64,000 bases of DNA from the human T2T-CHM13v2.0 reference genome, Homo sapiens. The stretch lies in NCBI RefSeq assembly GCF_009914755.1, contig NC_060936.1. One strand, given 5' to 3'. Position 1 is the stretch's first letter. Each line of letters begins with the position of its first letter. Positions 32,927-49,785 of the stretch are shown here, piece after piece. The notes under the pieces were generated by a model. The model was not told the DNA's origin, made no database searches, and worked only from the letters and a program-made list of their open reading frames with translations. Both the position numbers and the translations under genes were made by a program.

Positions 32927-33904
32927 TAACACATTAACAATGTATTTGCCCTTTAACACAGCAATTCCCCTTCTGAGAATTTATCCTATATATACCATAC
33001 ATTTGCATGTGTGAAATAATATACTTACAAGGTTATTAACCATAACATTGTTTTTAATAGCAAAATATTGGAACTACTTCAAAAGTCCATTGATAGAGTC
33101 TGTTTACATAAACTTTAGCACAACTATGTGATGGCATCCCTTGAGGTTATAAACAAACAAACAAAAAGAGAAAACATTCTGTGTAGTGATATAGAAAGAA
33201 CTCCAATGCATATCATTACACCAAAACAAAAAAAACTACTAAACAGAATGTATACTTCACTACTATTGCATAATAAAGGAAGAAACCCTAAAACTAAATA
33301 TTTCTATTTGCCTGGTTACTACTGAAAAAACTCTAGAAGGATTATTAGGAACAGTGCCGATAGAAGTGGGTGAAACTGGGTGCATGTAGGATGGACTAGG
33401 TATGGCATCGTGCTTCCAACATGCTGTCCCTCTACCTAAAATGTTTCCCTGCTTCCCACCCTTCACCTCTACCTCTGCATCATCACACTCAGTCTGGCTG
33501 GCTTCATCTCATCCTTCAAGTCTCAGCTCAAATAACAACCACCCAGAAAGTTTTTCCTTGACCAGTTTTCTAGGTAACTACATACCCATCCCTACTCCTA
33601 AAAACACATTACATCTGCTTGATTTCTTTAGCACATTTATCATATGTTGCATTTATATGTTTGTTTGCTATTTAAAACTATTCTTCCCCACTAGACAGAA
33701 GTCTTCAAATAAGCAGTGACCTATCCCTGAATTTCTACTGCTGAAGAGACTATCTGAGATCTAGGCACATGTGGTAAGCAGTAGGTATTTGTTAAACCGT
33801 GAAAGCTATTATTTCCTACCTTTGCAAGCTCAGTTTATGTTAAGCAAAAGTAGGGCATAAATTTGAAAACTTAGGCTAGACCTAGAATATAAAGACTCTT
33901 GCTT

Positions 33905-34300
33905 GCAGGGATTTTTGTCAGAGGAGTCCATAAACTTGGGTGAGAAAAAAAATTACATCCTTATTATCATTAACCTAATTATAATTAACCTATAAACTCC
34001 TTCATGAAAGAAATGCTAAATTTGAAAGTAGGCTACAAATTCCAGTAAGGTTGTCAACAGAAAGCACAGATATGTTCATCACATGATGATGTTTGAAATA
34101 TCTAAAAATATTGTTTATGCTTATCAACACTTCAAAATTAAGGTAGCTATTAGTCTGCCATTAGATCATATTATTTAAGGTGCTAATAAAAGATACATAA
34201 CTTTTTTTAATATCTTGATAACTATATTTCAATATAAATGCTTTATTTTGTATTTTTATTAATATTTTAGGTGCATTGAGATTCTGAGAAGGGTTCATTT
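33905..34300. mobile_element. Charlie4a-like hAT DNA transposon remnant
   Basis: gtccataaacttgggtgagaaaaaaattacatcc...gattctgagaagggttcat. Confidence 0.55.
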
Positions 34301-34544
34301 AATCATTAAAGAATTCAAATAAAAGTGGGAGTGGAGAGCAGAGTCAAAGCAATAACTTTGAAAGACTGAACAATTGTACAACTAAAGAAAGACTAGTGAA
34401 GGGAAATGTTTAGCCATCAAGGTATGAAACAACAAGGACTTGCACTCTGTTGGAAAGAAGCCCTTAAATGGTCAATTTATGTAGATAGATCCCTCTCTCG
34501 AGTCAGGTGAGGCTAAGTCATCCAAGGGAGGCATTTATAATATT

Positions 34545-34810
34545 AATAGCTAATACCAATATAGAGATCAGACATTATTCATTTATATATATTCATTCAT
34601 ATACATATTTTATATAAATATATAATTCTTTTCCACCTAATAATAATTATTTAAAGTAAATTATATCATTATCCCCACTTTACAGGTGAGACAAATGAGG
34701 AACAGAGAGGTTAAGTCACTTGTCCAAGGCTCATACCTAGTAAGTGGCGGTATCAAGATATGAACCCAAATACTTTGGCTTCACAATTCATGCCTTAATT
34801 CATTACACTG
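34545..34810 (-). mobile_element. MIR
   Basis: Core ccccactttacaggtgag...gaggttaagtcacttgtccaagg. Confidence 0.75.
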
Positions 34811-34849
34811 TGTTCATTATCACATACCAATTTTGATAAACTCTATGAA

Positions 34850-35290
34850 CTAGTCAATAAATATTTAATGGGCACCTACTATGTGCCAAGAACCGTTCTA
34901 GGGGCTAACGATACAGAGATACATGTGACAAAATCCCTGCCTTCAAAGAATTTATACTCCTATGGAAAAAGGCAACCAATAAATAAAAATATAATAGAAT
35001 ATGCAATAAGTGCAATAAAAAATAAAATAAGGAGAGAGAGAATAAAAGAGGGTGAGAGTGGGGAGGCACTCTGGAGGGGACAGCAAAGCTGAGGCTAGAG
35101 TAATCAGGAGGTAGCCGTGGAAAATTCTGGGAGGACATTCCACATAGAAGGGAATATTCCAAACGGTGACTGAAAGGCCTAGAGATGAAAAAGTCTTGGC
35201 AGGTAAAGTGACAGAGAGAACAGTGAGGCTGCAGCTGTGCCAGCTAGGAGATACAGAGTAGCAGATGACATCAGACAGGCAGAAGCCTGG
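34850..35290 (-). mobile_element. L2 3' remnant
   Basis: caataaatatttaatgggcacctactatgtgccaagaaccgttctagg. Confidence 0.6.
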
Positions 35291-35537
35291 TTGCACTAAT
35301 TACGCTTGACAGAAAAAAGCACTCCTCACACCTCAGAATCACACAAATATATTTACCTACATTTAAAACTTTGCACTTTTCCACATGGAAAGGCATGTTT
35401 CTGTGAAGACCCAATTCAGAAACAAATTACTGAATTGCAGGTAGTATGATAAACATAGTTTTAGTGAATGAGACTTCATTTCCATTTCTTAATCACAAAT
35501 ATCTTAATATAGAGATACTTTGAAATCATTGTTTTAA

Positions 35538-37160
<1,623 letters not shown>

Positions 37161-37397
37161 GTAACATATATTTTAAATCACTATTTTAACCGAACATTTA
37201 AAGCCATTTAAATGATCATGGCAATTGTAGCCATAAAGTTCTCTTTCCACTGATATTTATTATTACATTGAAATCTCCTTAAAGGTAAGAACATATTTAC
37301 TATTTTCAGAGTTCCAACATCTAAAACATTGCCTGAAACACAGCAGGCACTCTGTAGACAGCTGCAGAAATGAACATTTTTGTAACAAACCTGGTGA

Positions 37398-37761
<364 letters not shown>

Positions 37762-38344
37762 TTTAATGAACATTCTTAAGTTATGGTACCCTTGAGACAT
37801 GTCTAGGATATAGTTATATGACGGTTTTCTTTCAATGCTGAAAAGTAAAATGTTTAGACACCCTTATATAGTGTGCTAATGTGTTAGGATTACACGTTTT
37901 TAAATAGTTCAAAAATTAATGAAATTCCATCAGACTACTGACTATAAAGCACTGAAATTATAGTCTATAAAATAAAAGGCAAAGCTATAAATATAAGAAT
38001 TCTTATCTATTTCTTGGATACTTTTCTAGGGCTGATACCCTACCATATTTCACTAATTCTACCAGTGTCTATTTTCTAAAGATAACTACAAATCACTTAC
38101 TTTCAACAAACACCAATACTCTAGCATTCTCTGCCTTCCTAGAAAACTAATTTTACCCATACTTATAAGAAGTAAAAAAGACATTGTTTTGAAACCTGAG
38201 TACATGGATCCATGGAAAATCCTTTTCTGCCTTTTTTAAAAAGCATGCTGAAGAGGGGAAATGTGATACTATCTTGACAAAATATACTAATAGACATAAG
38301 GCAGCTTGTTTACTCAACTAACTGTACCTACAAAGCTACTTTAA

Positions 38345-38681
<337 letters not shown>

Positions 38682-39769
38682 AACCACAGAATTCTTTTAA
38701 GCTCCTTTTGGCTCAAACTCTGACTAGGAGGTACTATTTTAATATGCCAATAAAACTGCACATGGGTCCAATCTGTGTTCCCATGTAAGAAGAAAATACA
38801 GTTCTATCCAGAAACCATCGGTACCTCCTTTTAAGTTGTGCTAGAACACTCCAGCCTTTAAAAAATGTTGTCTTTATAACTTAAATGAAAGCTTGTATGT
38901 TTGGAAACACTAAGTTAAAAAATAATGGCAAATATTTGTCCTCAAACTGAGGATAAATACTTGTCCTTTTTATTTATTAACGGAAGACTTAGAAGTATTT
39001 TGCCCCCACTGATTTTTCTATAACCTATCCCATTGCAGTGGACTTTTTGTTCAAATAATTAAAATATTAGAGCTTTGCCTAAAGGCTCCTAAGGAAGCAC
39101 TTTAAATTTTTTTTTAACTTGGAAAGAACCCAGCAAGGAATTAGCAGACTTAAAAAAAACCAGGTGGTTCATAGAATTGTACTTAGATCATGCCATATTT
39201 TTAGCAACATGACTATCTGCAGATGGGCCCTGCAATTTGATTCATGATAAATGCCAATCAAATTCCTAACACTTTCTTTCAATGACTATTAAAAACAGCA
39301 AAACTAGTTTTCACTTGGGTAGGAGTTTCTTGATTACTTAATGATCTTCTATTTGCCAAGCTGTTTTGAAAGGCAGTTAAGTGACTATAAAACTGGCTCC
39401 AATTTATTATCATAGGCCAAAATTTTTATATGTTTAGAAGATTCTATAAAATTGTTTTTCCAAAATGTTCTTATTTCAGTATCATGGCATTCATCCATAT
39501 ATTTTTTTCAAAATACATAGCAAATACATGTACTTTTGCTACAACCAATAAGGTACTCTCAGATTTCATTAAAGGGTGATAACAAGTACAAAATACAAAC
39601 CCTTTGAACTCTTTTCCCAAATCATTTATAGTTATCACATTAAACACTGTCAACTGGAGAACATTCGGAAATAAGGTACTGCTGAAGTGTTGACTAAAAT
39701 ACTTAGCTTTTCCATCTTCAATCATAAATCATATCATAAGAATCAGTATGATGATATATAAGAAGAAAG

Positions 39770-39925
39770 CCTAGGTATGAGTTCTGGGTTTGTACTCATA
39801 GACTCTTATGTAAATTACTTTATATCTTTGACCTTCAGTTCCATTGTCTGTAAAACAAAATTGAAATAATTGTATCTACCCAATTTCCTAGGAAGGTTAA
39901 TGTGTGTTTAAGTGATATTAATAAT
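39770..39925 (+). mobile_element. MIR remnant
   Basis: cttcagttccattgtctgtaaaac core. Confidence 0.5.
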
Positions 39926-41528
39926 AGGAGCTTCAATAATTGTTTTGAAATTGAATGTATTTTGAAGCAAGATGAAAAATTCTCCACTAACAACACAAAT
40001 GTGACAGCCACTCTTTTTACCACTGGCAGAGTATAAATGTTATATAATCGAAGACCACAAATATGAACTCTGAGATTAATTTTTATTTGGGGATAAGTAA
40101 AAATGTAAAAAGTTTTCTCTCTCTGACAGTTTCTCCTTATAACACCATTAATCATGCCTAGGAAATAGTGTATTATACAGAAACACACATTGAATAAATG
40201 AATGAATCAATGATATAAAGAAAACACAAGAATTAACTCCAGATGCATAAAACAGAAAATTCATAGTAAGGGTTTTGTTTTGTTTTGTTTTTTAAGGTTA
40301 GTTGTTCTTCTCTTCTCTTCTCTAGCAGCATTATTTACCTTCCCCATTCTGAGACAATTCCAGATCTCTAGTATAAAAATGAAACAATAAAAGGGAAATA
40401 AATACGTTGCTGGTACCTTACCTTTTTAAAAGGGACTGCTCTCCTGCCAAGTCCTGGCCTATTCAAATCAAGAAAATAAAACAAAGACTGGACTCATCTA
40501 CCCAAGATTATGTATCCAAAAGACACAAGTTCAAATAGTGTGCCCCAGCAGCCTTGATAACATGGAGCAAATTCTGTAATATTTCTCATTCTTGTGGGCA
40601 CTGAGGTGTTATAAAGTCATATGAACTAATTAAAAAGAGGAAAGAATTGTCAAAGAAATGGCCACGTTCTTGTGGGGTCTGCGTAGTGGTCCTCAGATGG
40701 CCTCTCCCAAACTGTCTCCAAAATATCCGTGAAAATATGAAATCAAAAATCATAACAATGAGAAATTTAAAATAATAAGAAATCATTAAAAACTATTTTG
40801 TAGGTCTATAATGGAAACATACTCATGATATATTGTCAAAATATTCTGAAGCAATATTACTTTAAAACAAACACAAAAATACATATAATATCTAGAGGGA
40901 CATATGCCATACATATGCCAGACCACCTGTAATATTTGTAGCATATATTTTCCTAGTTTATTTTTAAAATTTTTTACAATTATTTTGACATGGAACTCTT
41001 CAATTATCATTTGGGCCAATCTATTGTTTTTTTTCATGTGTTATTTCTTGTATTTTTCCCTATCTAAAAATTACAATATACTGTCATTTTCTTTTACTTT
41101 AGTACAGTTGGAATTTTATTTGGTTTACCAGTAAAGTGAGAATTCAAAATTTAGTTTTTCCCTATAATAAGTTCTTGGCATTAAAAGATTTAAAATAAAT
41201 GCCTTTTAGGCTTTGGCAACTGTCACAGAAAACTAACTTGAAGCAATTATCAAAACTTGATCTGTTGTCAGAAGCCAACTAAGTTTTAGAGGGATTATAC
41301 TGTCAAAGAAAACACTAGCCTGGACTGAAAAAGCCTTTGACGGAGTTCATTGTAAAATAACCTACAGGCTTTCAGAATTACCCCAGCATTCTTGAAGCTC
41401 CCCCAAGACAACATCCTCCTGAGACCCCATTTTAGATGTGGCCATGGAGGAAGATGGACAAGAAAGTTCCAGAAGGTAGAACCAAGGATCTGGGCAATTG
41501 AGGTCCAAGGATCCCAGCCAAAACCAAG

Positions 41529-41840
41529 GGCTGGGCACTTGGCTCATGCCCGTAATCCCAACACTTTGGGAGGCTGAGGCAGGAATGCTGCTTGAGGCCA
41601 GGAGTTCAAGACCAGTCTGGTCAACATAGGGGAACACCATCTCTACTGAAAATTTTAAAAAAGAAAAAAAAACTGGTCAGGTGTGGGGGGGTGTGCCTGT
41701 AGTTCCCAGCCACTTGGAAGGCTGAATCAGAAGTATTTGAGCCCAAGAGTTCAAGGCTACAGTGAATTATTATCAAGCCATTGCACTCCATCCTGGGCAA
41801 CAGAGCAAGGTCTTGTCTCAAAGAAAAAAAAGAAAGAAAA
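41529..41840 (+). mobile_element. AluJ
   Basis: Diverged dimer (ttgagcccaagagttcaaggctacagtga). Confidence 0.85.
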
Positions 41841-43379
41841 GTAATCAAGGAGCTCCCCTCCTTCCACAGTAGTGAGTCTCCACAATTCCTCTTCAGGAGT
41901 CAAAAACTGCTAAATATCAGTGACTACTAGGTGTCTCCTATTCTTCTTTCTGTAGCAAGTTGGGGTTAGGGTTGCAGTCATGCTGGTCATGCTGTATACT
42001 TGGCTGGTAGCTGAAGATAATTTATCTTTTTAATTCATATTTTTCCAAGCTACAAAGAGCCACATCTTGACTTTATGGAGAAGACTGCGTTATCCAGAGA
42101 TCCTGGACACTGAGCCAGAGTCAGTGCCCCTGTGGGAACTTTGAGTTTTCTCCTTATAGACAAGATGAGTATGTTTGATGCGTGATCTGTTTGGTGAACA
42201 GAAGAGCAGCCTGTAATAAAGACTATTGGTGATCACCAATATGGGTGTTCTTTCTTTTTCCTAGGAAAAATCAACGCCCCTCATTTTCCAGTCTTTTTTA
42301 CATCTAGGTAGAACCAGGCAACTAGTTCTCCTCAATAGAATATACATAAAATTGGTTTGCGTCACCTTTGGGCTGAGAAAGTCAAGATCCAGTATACCTT
42401 CTCCATGCTCTTACTATAGTTATAAATTATATAGCTCATAAACATATTTGTAATTAATAAACAATATTTTTCCAATAGAAAACACATAACTGTACCACCA
42501 AAACCTAATAGTGGCTGTTAGGTAATAAATGACTGATAAATATTTGCTGAAAAAAAATGAACAATGTGTTTCTTCCTTTGCATATTAGTAAGAGTTGGAC
42601 AGCTTAAATATATTTCATAGAAAACAGTAATTACAATAATTGCAACAGAAATAAAGCCACAAAAAACAAGGATGTGATGTAAGCTCAAATGAATGAACTA
42701 ATAAATAGAACACAATTAACTTAGGTATCATCGGAAGAGATTTAGTAAATACAGAATTTCTTAAATGTGCCCAAGCACTTTAACTAAAATTGGTAAAGTA
42801 ATTTTCCTGCATCGAATGACTGAGGTAAAGATGAGCTAGCTAAATATTTGGCATATATAAATAAAAGTTAGCTGCTTATCTTACTCATAATGTGTTGCTC
42901 AACATGTGTTGAGCAATTCTATATATTAGGTGCTAAAAGAAATATGACTATCATTTCTACCTTCTAATTCTATAAATGAAATAGAAATGCAGACACCTAG
43001 CTTTAATTTAATATGTAATGAGAGTACACGTGCATAAAACGTCAACTGGTACAACAAGGACGCCCTGGTCAATTTTGCCAAGAGAAGATCAGGGGAAAAG
43101 GAAGGCAGCTCAAAATGGATCAGGAAGGATAGTTAGGAGGTTGAGGGAAAGGACATTCTATACAGAGAGAAGAGCAAATATAAATTCAAGCAATTATGAA
43201 GATTAGAGTAAATCTGTGATAGAATCAAACAAGTGTCTCCAGAATAATTACCTTTCTTGCCACTTCTGTCATTGCCTTTTTTGGTTAACAGCCACAAGAT
43301 CATTCAGTCATTTAAACCAGAGTCATTAAAACTTTTTGGTCTCCTTCACCAATGCTCCAGAATTCTAAGGGGTCTCCTG

Positions 43380-43590
43380 CAAGGCTGCTCCACTTCAGCA
43401 CTACGGACAGCTTGATAATTCTTTGTGTAGGGGGCTGTGCTGTGCATTGTGGGATATTGCTGGCCTGTACCCATGCTCTGCCAGTAGCATGCTCGCCTCA
43501 ATGCACCTACAGTTGCAACAACAAAAATTGTCTCCAGACATTGCCAAATGTCTTCTGGGGGACAAAACTGCTCCCAGTAAGGAAGCACTG
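43380..43590. mobile_element. MER20 (hAT-Charlie)
   Basis: ataattctttgtgtagggggctgtgctgtgcattgt...tctccagacattgccaaatgtc. Confidence 0.8.
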
Positions 43591-44084
43591 ATCTGCAGTA
43601 GCATACGGTCCATAGGTACCCACTCTTCTCCTTCCCCACTGCAACATTACTTTAAATAGCCTCTCTTCCTTACCCGCAGTAGGGTAATAGACTACAACAC
43701 TGGTCTTCTCAGTGACTCACTGCCTCCCCTGTACCCTGCACAATGGTGCATAAGAGGAGATGTGCCTCCTCATACATTGAACAAACCTACCACATACTGT
43801 TCAAATTCTCACTCCTTTACAATGCATTTCAGGACCTTAACAATCTGATTCCTTGGTCTTAAACTCTCACTACCAAATCTACCCTGTTTTTCAGCTGCAC
43901 AGTCCACGAGAAGTCCTTGAATTTTCATATCCATTTTTATTCATTCCTCAAAGTCCAGTTGAGAAGTCTTGCCCAGCAGAGGTCTCACAACTCTCTTAAT
44001 CACTCCTTCCTTAATTATTTCATTCCTCAAAGTTTACACAGCACTTTTTATGTTGTCTACTTTAGCAAGGGCACTTTGAAATCC

Positions 44085-44429
44085 ATCACAGTGTTTGCAC
44101 CCTGGCCATAGCTCCCAAGGACTTCTCCTTGTCAGTAACTGAGTATGGTAGGGATATCATGGCAGACCTGTTCTCGAGAGCCATAGACTCTTGTTCTGGC
44201 CAAGTCTGGCTCAAGGACAGCTTTGCTCAACCTTGCTTGGACTGCCCAGCAGCCTAGGATGCTACTACCCAACATTCTCATCCTTTTTTTTTCCTATGTA
44301 AGCCTTTTTTTCTTACATAAGCTCTTACATAGCTCTCCAAGCTCTCTCCTTAGTTTCTCTAACACAGACACTTCCCCTAACTAAAATCTTATCTTTGCAT
44401 CTGTCTCTTGAAAGACCTGGACTAACACA
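44085..44429 (+). mobile_element. LTR16-like ERVL LTR remnant
   Basis: 3' end aaaatcttatctttgcatctg...gacctggactaacaca. Confidence 0.5.
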
Positions 44430-47400
44430 CACTAGAATGTTAAAAGAACAGCATAAGAAATTTTCCATACTGCTGTTTGACTAGTATTGCAGCAAGTACA
44501 TGAATAGCCAAAAGAGGTTCTTATTAGTTTTCTCAATAAGAAAAAATATGAATACAGAATGGCATGTGTAATAATCCAAGGCTATATTAGTCCTGGGAAA
44601 ATAGAAAGTTTGGAAAATAATAAAACTAAAATTTTGCCAGAATACACAAAAAACAGTAAAAACACTATTGATAGTTTCTGTATTCTTATTTCCTGTCTGA
44701 ACAAGAAGTTACTAGAGCAACTCAATAATCAGTCATCAGAGAGGTAATGCTTGACATGTTGCAGAATGGTTCATGTGAGAAACTTCAAAAGTACACACAG
44801 CCATGACAAGCTCTACTCCATGTATAAGTCAGATGCAATGTCTGGTTTCATGACATCTGGAAACTGTTTCCTTCAACCAGAAAGACTGCATTGCCTCAAA
44901 TCCCACCAAGAAATAGAGAAGTTAACTGTCTAGGCAGTTGAGTTAATCCCCGAGGACCTTGGGAAGACTTGAACACCCTAGGTAATATGAGAAAAGGGCT
45001 ACCAGAAGCATGAGGAATTGTCAGAAACAGCCTGTGTAAAGTTTGTCAATTCCATCCTGACAAGTATATGCCAACTTATTAAATACTGATCTCTAAATAC
45101 GTTGGCAAGAGTATTTAACAACATTATGAGATGATAAATAATATGACCATAAAAAAGAAGTTTAGAGTTGGATATAGGGATATTAAGTCCTGGTAACTAT
45201 ACAGGTTATGAGATAGCCTATCAATGGATTAAAAACATAGAGTTTGATTAGCCATTACATTACTTATAGATAATTTTATGATTCAGTTCCATTTTTATAC
45301 TTTTTATAGATCTTGGAAATGTATAAATAAATCTCTATTCAGACATGTTTGAATTATGGGATGAATAAATACTTACACTTATGGAAAATAAAAATTATAC
45401 AGAAGAAAAGATTAGAAAAGCAAGAATTATATACATGTTAAACAAAGAAAATTTCTGCCAGACTCTTAGACTCTTCTGGTTCTTGGGCTCAAAATACTTA
45501 GGAAAAAAACTAAACAATACTAGTTATGGTTCAGAGAAAAACATAAATACCAAAACTTCTAAAAGTGGGGGAAATTTAACCATATAGAAATTAAAAGAAA
45601 GTATTAGTTCACATGTTTGGGGTTAATTCAAAACTAACAACTAAATGGAATCAATAAATACATTGGGGTGTCAACTTTAACAAATGGTTATACAGAGATA
45701 TTTTGAAAATATTAATTTGATTTGTTTTTCATTCTTTTTCTCTAAAAGCCACATTCGCTGCCACCAGCGAAGGGAATGAGAGAGTCTACCTCAGTTGGGA
45801 AGATGGAAAGGCAAAAGGTCAATTAAATGAGATGTGAAAATGGAACTCAGTAGATACTGGAGGGGGAGGGGGAAAGGCAATGGAGGCAAAGAAAACAGAT
45901 GCTAAGATGTATGTACATTAACTTCTCCACTGGGGGGTTAAAATCCCAGAAACAGAAGGCATATTGCATTGTTCAAAGGGACTGCCCAAAGAGGTGTTCC
46001 AGGGTGCTGACTATGTGGGACTCAAGGAAGGAACCCTCTGAAAGGGTTCCTTACACACATCAAATTTAGAGGTGTAGAAGAGTTCGACAAAGAGAGGAAC
46101 TGAATCCCTCTTGACTCTCAAATGCCATAGAGGGCTTGAGGCCTTTAGAGGGGTCTGCAAGAAGAGCAATAGCATCACCAAACCAGTTTACCTGGAGAAG
46201 GTGATGCAGCAGGACTTTGTATTTGAAGGCTGCACAATGAATCACTGAGACAAGAAATCAAATGGATATTATAGCCAGAATTCAGAGGGCTATACAGCAC
46301 TAGTGAGAGCCCAGAGGAGGATGAGTCAAGACCAGTGAGCTCTCATTGAACTAGGAGAAAAAAGGCCATAAGTTCTCAGGCCCAGAAATCAGCTGCTGTT
46401 AACAGAAAAGTACAATGAAACTATGGCACAAAGAACATCACCAGAAACTTGAGGAACTGAAGGACGGTACAATTTCCTCACCCCTCTCCCAAACAATACA
46501 AAGACCTCATAACACGTTATAACCCTGTATATAGTCAGTTTCTATCAATGGTCAATGAATTCTTGAATCCACCAATATATGAAACAACACTCATTAGCAG
46601 AAAAAGAAATGAAATTGGATGCTCATTTCAATATACTCAGGAAAAACATTTAATAAACTACAACATCCATTCATGATTAAAAGCAAAACTAAAGTAAAGC
46701 AAAAAGCGACTAGAAAAAGAAGAGAACATCTCTAAATTAATAAGACTAGCTCTGAGAATCCTTCAGCAAACTGCAACCTTAATGTTTAATGGACTGAGAG
46801 GCCAAAGTCAGATATCAAGTACACAAGGTGACAAAGATAAACTAGGAAGCAAGTAGGAGCAGGGCCATCAGGTTAGCATTATTGAATTCCCAAGCTTTGT
46901 ATCAACATTGATCTGCAAACAATTCATCTGGTCCAGGTTTCGGATACTACAGTTTACCTAGATACAAAGACTAAAGGCTGATCTGAGACTAAAAAGGGGA
47001 ATCTGGTATAATTACAAATGGATTCTAAAATCTACCAGGTTCTATTATTTGATGAAACTATTAATCCAAAGAAATTTAATCGTAGAGTCAGTGTAGAAAT
47101 AAATATATATAATCATAAATAGGTAGCTAATATCCATTTTAGTGCTAATATAAAAAAAGCAAAATTTTTAAAAAGTCACTAATCTCATCAGTAATTTAGA
47201 CTTACAATTGATTATGATCACACTACTGAAAAAAATGTAGATCTTGATACCTCTAGTTATTTCCAATGTTACTGGAAAATTTCTGTCTCTACAATGATTG
47301 AAGTATGCAACTAAGCCTTATGCAAATACAGAGAAATTATGTAAAATAAAGCTAAGTTATGGAGGTATGAAAAGAAACGTTTAAATGTTTTATCAACTAC

Positions 47401-47928
47401 TTCTGATAATATCAATAAATTATCAAAAGCAAAGTACATAAATGGGATTATTTACTTGCCATTGAAAGTATGACTCCTATAGGTGATTTTTCCTCTTCAA
47501 AAATTTAGTAAAAGAACATTCAGAACAAATCATTTTATTTGTTTGTAATTTCTAGTAATCCCTCAATTAAATTAAATAATTTTGTTCTGAATGTTTTATT
47601 ATAAAATTTATATAACATAAATGATTGATTTCATTTTTTATTAATGAGTACATTGCTAAAGAAGATAAACATTGCTGATTAACTTACACATAATATATTG
47701 TATAATACATTAAATTATCCACATAAATGAGGAAATAATAAATCTTCACACGTAACATTATAAAAATATTAATATTAATTTTTAGATATGTTAATAAAAT
47801 GAACTAGGTTATAAAACAAAAAAAGTATGATGATGACTTGGGCAACTGTATCCAAAATGACACAGTGACTAGAGAGTTATGACTCAAAAATCTTTAACTG
47901 CTTTCTGAATTCAAAAAGAGGATATTGA

Positions 47929-47975
47929 TCATAAATATATATACCTACTATGTACCCACAAAAATTAAAAATTTT
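47929..47975 (+). mobile_element. 47-nt L1MA terminal micro-insertion
   Basis: cataaatatatatacctactatgtacccacaaaaattaaaaa matches the reverse complement of the L1MA end near 35875. 15-bp TSD with 2 mismatches (47914-47928 and 47976-47990). Confidence 0.72.
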
Positions 47976-48621
47976 AAAAAAGGATACTGAATAATAATTT
48001 AACTACATCAACATTATGAATCAAAATGAGCAGAAACAGCATTCCCTATAATGCCTTCCCATCTGGAATGCTTTTCCATGAGAAAACATAATGACCATGA
48101 CAAATTTGTGGTAGCAAGTCTAGGATTTTCCAGACAAACTAAACATTATTTTAGAAAGGTTTTAGAAGGAGAATTTTTTATCCTTTGAAGTATAGGTGGC
48201 TATGTAAATATTAGAGTGTGATTCTGCCATTGTGATGTTGCAAGTATTTTACATGGAAGAAAGAAAGGAAATGGTTCTAGCCATTTCATGTAAAAAACAA
48301 CTCAAGATAATCACTTGAAAAAGAGCTCACATCCAGGAAGACATCTTAAATCAGTTAAGCTAAAGGAGTATTACATTTGAACTGCAGAGAAATGTTATCA
48401 ATTTTTTATTTAATCAAAGAATAAACAGTGTTGATGTTCTAAAAATATCTTTGAACACCTTCCAGAAGTATCTTTTGTAAAAGTATGTATCTGCTAAACA
48501 AAAGCTAGATACTTAGGAACTGTAGAATCCTGTAACCAAATTCCTAGTTCTTGTTTTTTCTTGAATATGTATTTGTCAGAGGAGTTACTGATGGAGTGAG
48601 CCTATATATGTTTTAAAACAA

Positions 48622-48800
48622 CTGTCCTTACCCTGGGGTTCCATGAACTTGGATGGAAAAAAGGTACATCTTTATTTTCACTAACCTCTGATACTGAGCA
48701 TTTCCTTCAAGTATGAAGGTAGGTGAAACCACAGACATTGTGGCTTTATCACCAATAAAATGATACTTTTATATCACATTATGGTTGGTGTAGCTATGTG
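48622..48800. mobile_element. Charlie4a-like remnant
   Basis: ggggttccatgaacttggatggaaaaaaggtacatctttattttcactaacctct. Confidence 0.6.
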
Positions 48801-49423
48801 TCAACTGATTACCACCACAAAAATATAATAGACATAACCAATAGATCTCTGTAGGTAGACTGTTTTCAAGTATGATGCATTTTAAACAGATTCAACCTCT
48901 TCCCTACTCTACTTCACAGGCCATCCCCATACCATCAACAAAATGAACTTTTCCTATTCTGACCTTGCCAGTGGGAGCCATTTCATTTTATGTATATTCA
49001 TTCTCCTTTCCTTCTATCAAATTCCAGAAACAAACTTATCTAAGTAAATCCGGGGGATTCTGCCTCAATAGGACCACGAAAGGGTACATCTGAGTCAAAC
49101 AGCCTGCCCTCCATTCGGAAAACACACTCCATTGTAACAGTGGTCCCACAGGCCACTCCCTGATCACCACTCCAGGGATGATGAAAGAGCATCTTTCATC
49201 AGCGTTGCACAGAGGGTCGGTTTTGCCCAGCAGGCAGAGACCTGCTCATCCTGCCACCAGAGCCTTCCGAAGGAGTTGCCTCTGGCTTGGTGTTAATCCT
49301 TCTTGTAGCCCAACCTGAACTCCAGGGTCATCAGCCACCAACTCGAAAACCCAAGGCCCCGTTCGCTGAATGTAGCCCTTGCCTGGATCCCAAGAAAATG
49401 CCAAGGGACCCGAGGACACTCAC

Positions 49424-49785
49424 CAGGCCTCCGCATAAGCTGACGACGGCCTTGTAATCCTCCTGTGAGTTGACCTGGCCGCGGTAGAAGCAGTGGCGCA
49501 GGTCCGAGGGCCCTGCGTCGCTCTCCCAGGCCCCGCGCTCCGGGGTTCCCAAGTGCACCTCGGTGTAGCCGGCGGCCAGAAAGGATGCATCGGCGGTCAG
49601 GTTCAGCTGGAAGAGCTGCCCGTAGGCAGTGAAGCGATAGTGGGTTCGGAACGGCATGGGTTCCAGCGCCTCGGAGCTGCGTTTCTGCCGGCTGAAGTGG
49701 TGGCTCTGAGGGAACACTTCTCCAAACTCATTGACCCGCTCGGGGATCACTACTTCGTAGGAGGTCAGTGTCCTCACCAGGGCTT
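49424..49785 (-). CDS. ADAMTS20: ADAMTS20 coding exon 2 (prodomain, 362 nt)
   Basis: Acceptor ttgcag|AA completes the G|AA (Glu) codon from exon 1. Donor CTG|GTGAGT. Encodes EALVRTLTSYEVVIPERV...SRQKRS (furin-type site)...LRHCFYRGQV...VSLCGGL, typical ADAMTS prodomain motifs. 91+362=453 nt, phase 0. Confidence 0.97.

Noticed and set aside
41350-42410. Possible MLT1-type LTR fragments around the AluJ, and unclassified old repeats at about 45750-46500 and 59900-61000
   Set aside because: Too diverged to name or delimit reliably by eye.
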